The notes below the pieces were generated by a model, which worked only from the letters and a program-made list of their open reading frames with translations, did not search any database and had not been told where the DNA came from. A stretch of DNA of 61,741 nucleotides, filler included, from Hausera hauseri (lineage: Eukaryota): NCBI GenBank assembly GCA_046269625.1. It is 11 parts of 11 records of this genome, joined end to end, with 100 filler letters (N's around TTAATTAATTAA, not from the genome) between each part and the next. Parts side by side here need not be neighbours in the genome. Positions count along the whole stretch, not along the records: positions 57,199 to 61,741 come from JBJURY010534120.1; 10 more parts are not named here. One strand, written 5' to 3'. The position numbers and the translations under genes were made by a program. Position 1 is the stretch's first letter. Every line of letters begins with the position of its first letter. Below, piece after piece: positions 60,520 through 61,741 of this stretch.

Positions 60520-61741
60520 CTACTCTGATGTTTGCGGAATAATACTTAATTTCCAACTTCCGAATTTACCTAATGCGTGTTTCAAGATATGATGCAGGTC
60601 ATATCCACGCAAATTGTGAAACATGACTGGTAAATTATACTTAACCTGCCTAGCCAAGTTACACTTATTATATTCCGAGCCCAAGAATTTACCTGTAGTG
60701 CTCTGTTCGTGGCAAAGGTAACATGCTGCGGCATTTTTAAATGGAAGCCATTCAAATGATGTTAACGGGATCATTGGCTTTTTGTCATTTTCATACCATG
60801 AGAAAACTACGGTTTTAACAATTCCTGTAAACAGGCCAGAAAGTCGACTATAGAATTTTCACCAATACGTTACCTATATTCAATACCTGTTGGTGAAACT
60901 GACAAGAGACTAGCTGCAGCAGGCAAATGAATATGTTTGATTTTATCATTAGGACACAGAACAGATTCAAGGTCAGCATATACGAGGAAAGGGAAACTTA
61001 TAGACTTGGCCCAGTCCTTAAACTCACAAAACTTATTTTCCGGCATTTTGTATAAGGTTGTGCATTTGGCTGAAGAATTGCACATTGGCAAATACTTAGC
61101 GTAATCAGTGTCAAGCCTAAAGCCATGCAAACATTTTCCACACCAATGTTTCTGTCCATATTTAATAACCGCTTAAGATTAGGGACAGCAACATTGTGAA
61201 ACTTGCCATTATTTTCTAAAATCAACAAGTTTACTACAGCATCATTCGGATTTTTGCTGCGATATAAAATATCAACGAATGGATTTTTCACTATATCCTC
61301 ACAAAAATCCACGTCTTCCTCCTCGTGAAACAAAAAAACATCAATTGAAAGTTGTGGATTTTGTCTTTCAAATTTACGTATTTTGCATATTTTCATTGGC
61401 ATACCATATAAAGAATATGTCAGCTCGCCTAAGTAAGGAGTGTAATTGCCAACCCTATATCTGTGACTAATAAAGAGGTGATACTTGGTCACTGCAAGAA
61501 TGGAGTATAAGAAACACAAAGTGTCCTCATTTTGTACATTAATAACGGCCTTTTCATTTTTTAAAGCTTCAGGTGTTGGAATATAGGACTTACCAGACAA
61601 GTAGGGTAGCGGGCTAGTTTTGACTATATGAAAACAGTATTTCAATATCTTAACCACCTTCCACCCACTACCCATTTCAGCAAAATTCTCAATTTTCTCC
61701 TGTAAACTATCAGCTACAGTTTGTGGAAAAGACTGATCATA
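60520..61741 (-). pseudogene. Protein-primed PolB N-terminal/exonuclease region, Polinton/adintovirus-like, decayed
   Basis: GSGW, SYIPTP..AVINVQNED..CFLYSILA, FERQNP, VYADLES (Exo I), CNL, FHNLRGYDLH (Exo II); same family as 42359-45346. Confidence 0.9.

Overview
This window is not one locus. It is 11 unrelated eukaryotic contigs joined by 100-nt artificial spacers (N44-TTAATTAATTAA-N44). Contig 1 (1-11821) is teleost DNA with two tandem group-IB phospholipase A2 genes (one intact, one divergent and frameshifted), the last exon of prkab1 and typical fish repeats. Contigs 5-7 (28373-41674) look like invertebrate, possibly mollusc, DNA with a GT10 fucosyltransferase exon and decayed LINEs/SINEs. 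Contigs 3, 4 and 9 carry decayed Ty3/Gypsy gag-pol elements. Contigs 8 and 11, plus a fragment at the start of contig 3, are Polinton/adintovirus-like (protein-primed PolB, packaging ATPase start, PLA2X fragment, and an unexpected TBP-like gene). The main discovery is in contigs 2 (11922-18134) and 10 (52174-57098), two diverged copies of one LTR retroelement family. Each reads polypurine tract, then a 2.7-3.1 kb LTR (TGTT...AACA), then a tRNA-Met primer-binding site. What follows is not gag but an array of RING / zinc-ribbon / double-RING / RING cassettes, extended in copy 1 by a BIR-BIR-RING (IAP) cassette and a truncated sixth cassette. Every cassette starts at a phase-1 splice acceptor, and every complete one ends in its own stop plus AATAAA. 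The LTR holds a 17-codon ATG leader exon ending in phase 1 (canonical GT donor in copy 1, AT in copy 2). The inference is one LTR promoter and leader spliced to mutually exclusive terminal exons, expressing a battery of ubiquitin-ligase and anti-apoptotic proteins. All calls come from reading the sequence by eye; no searches were run.
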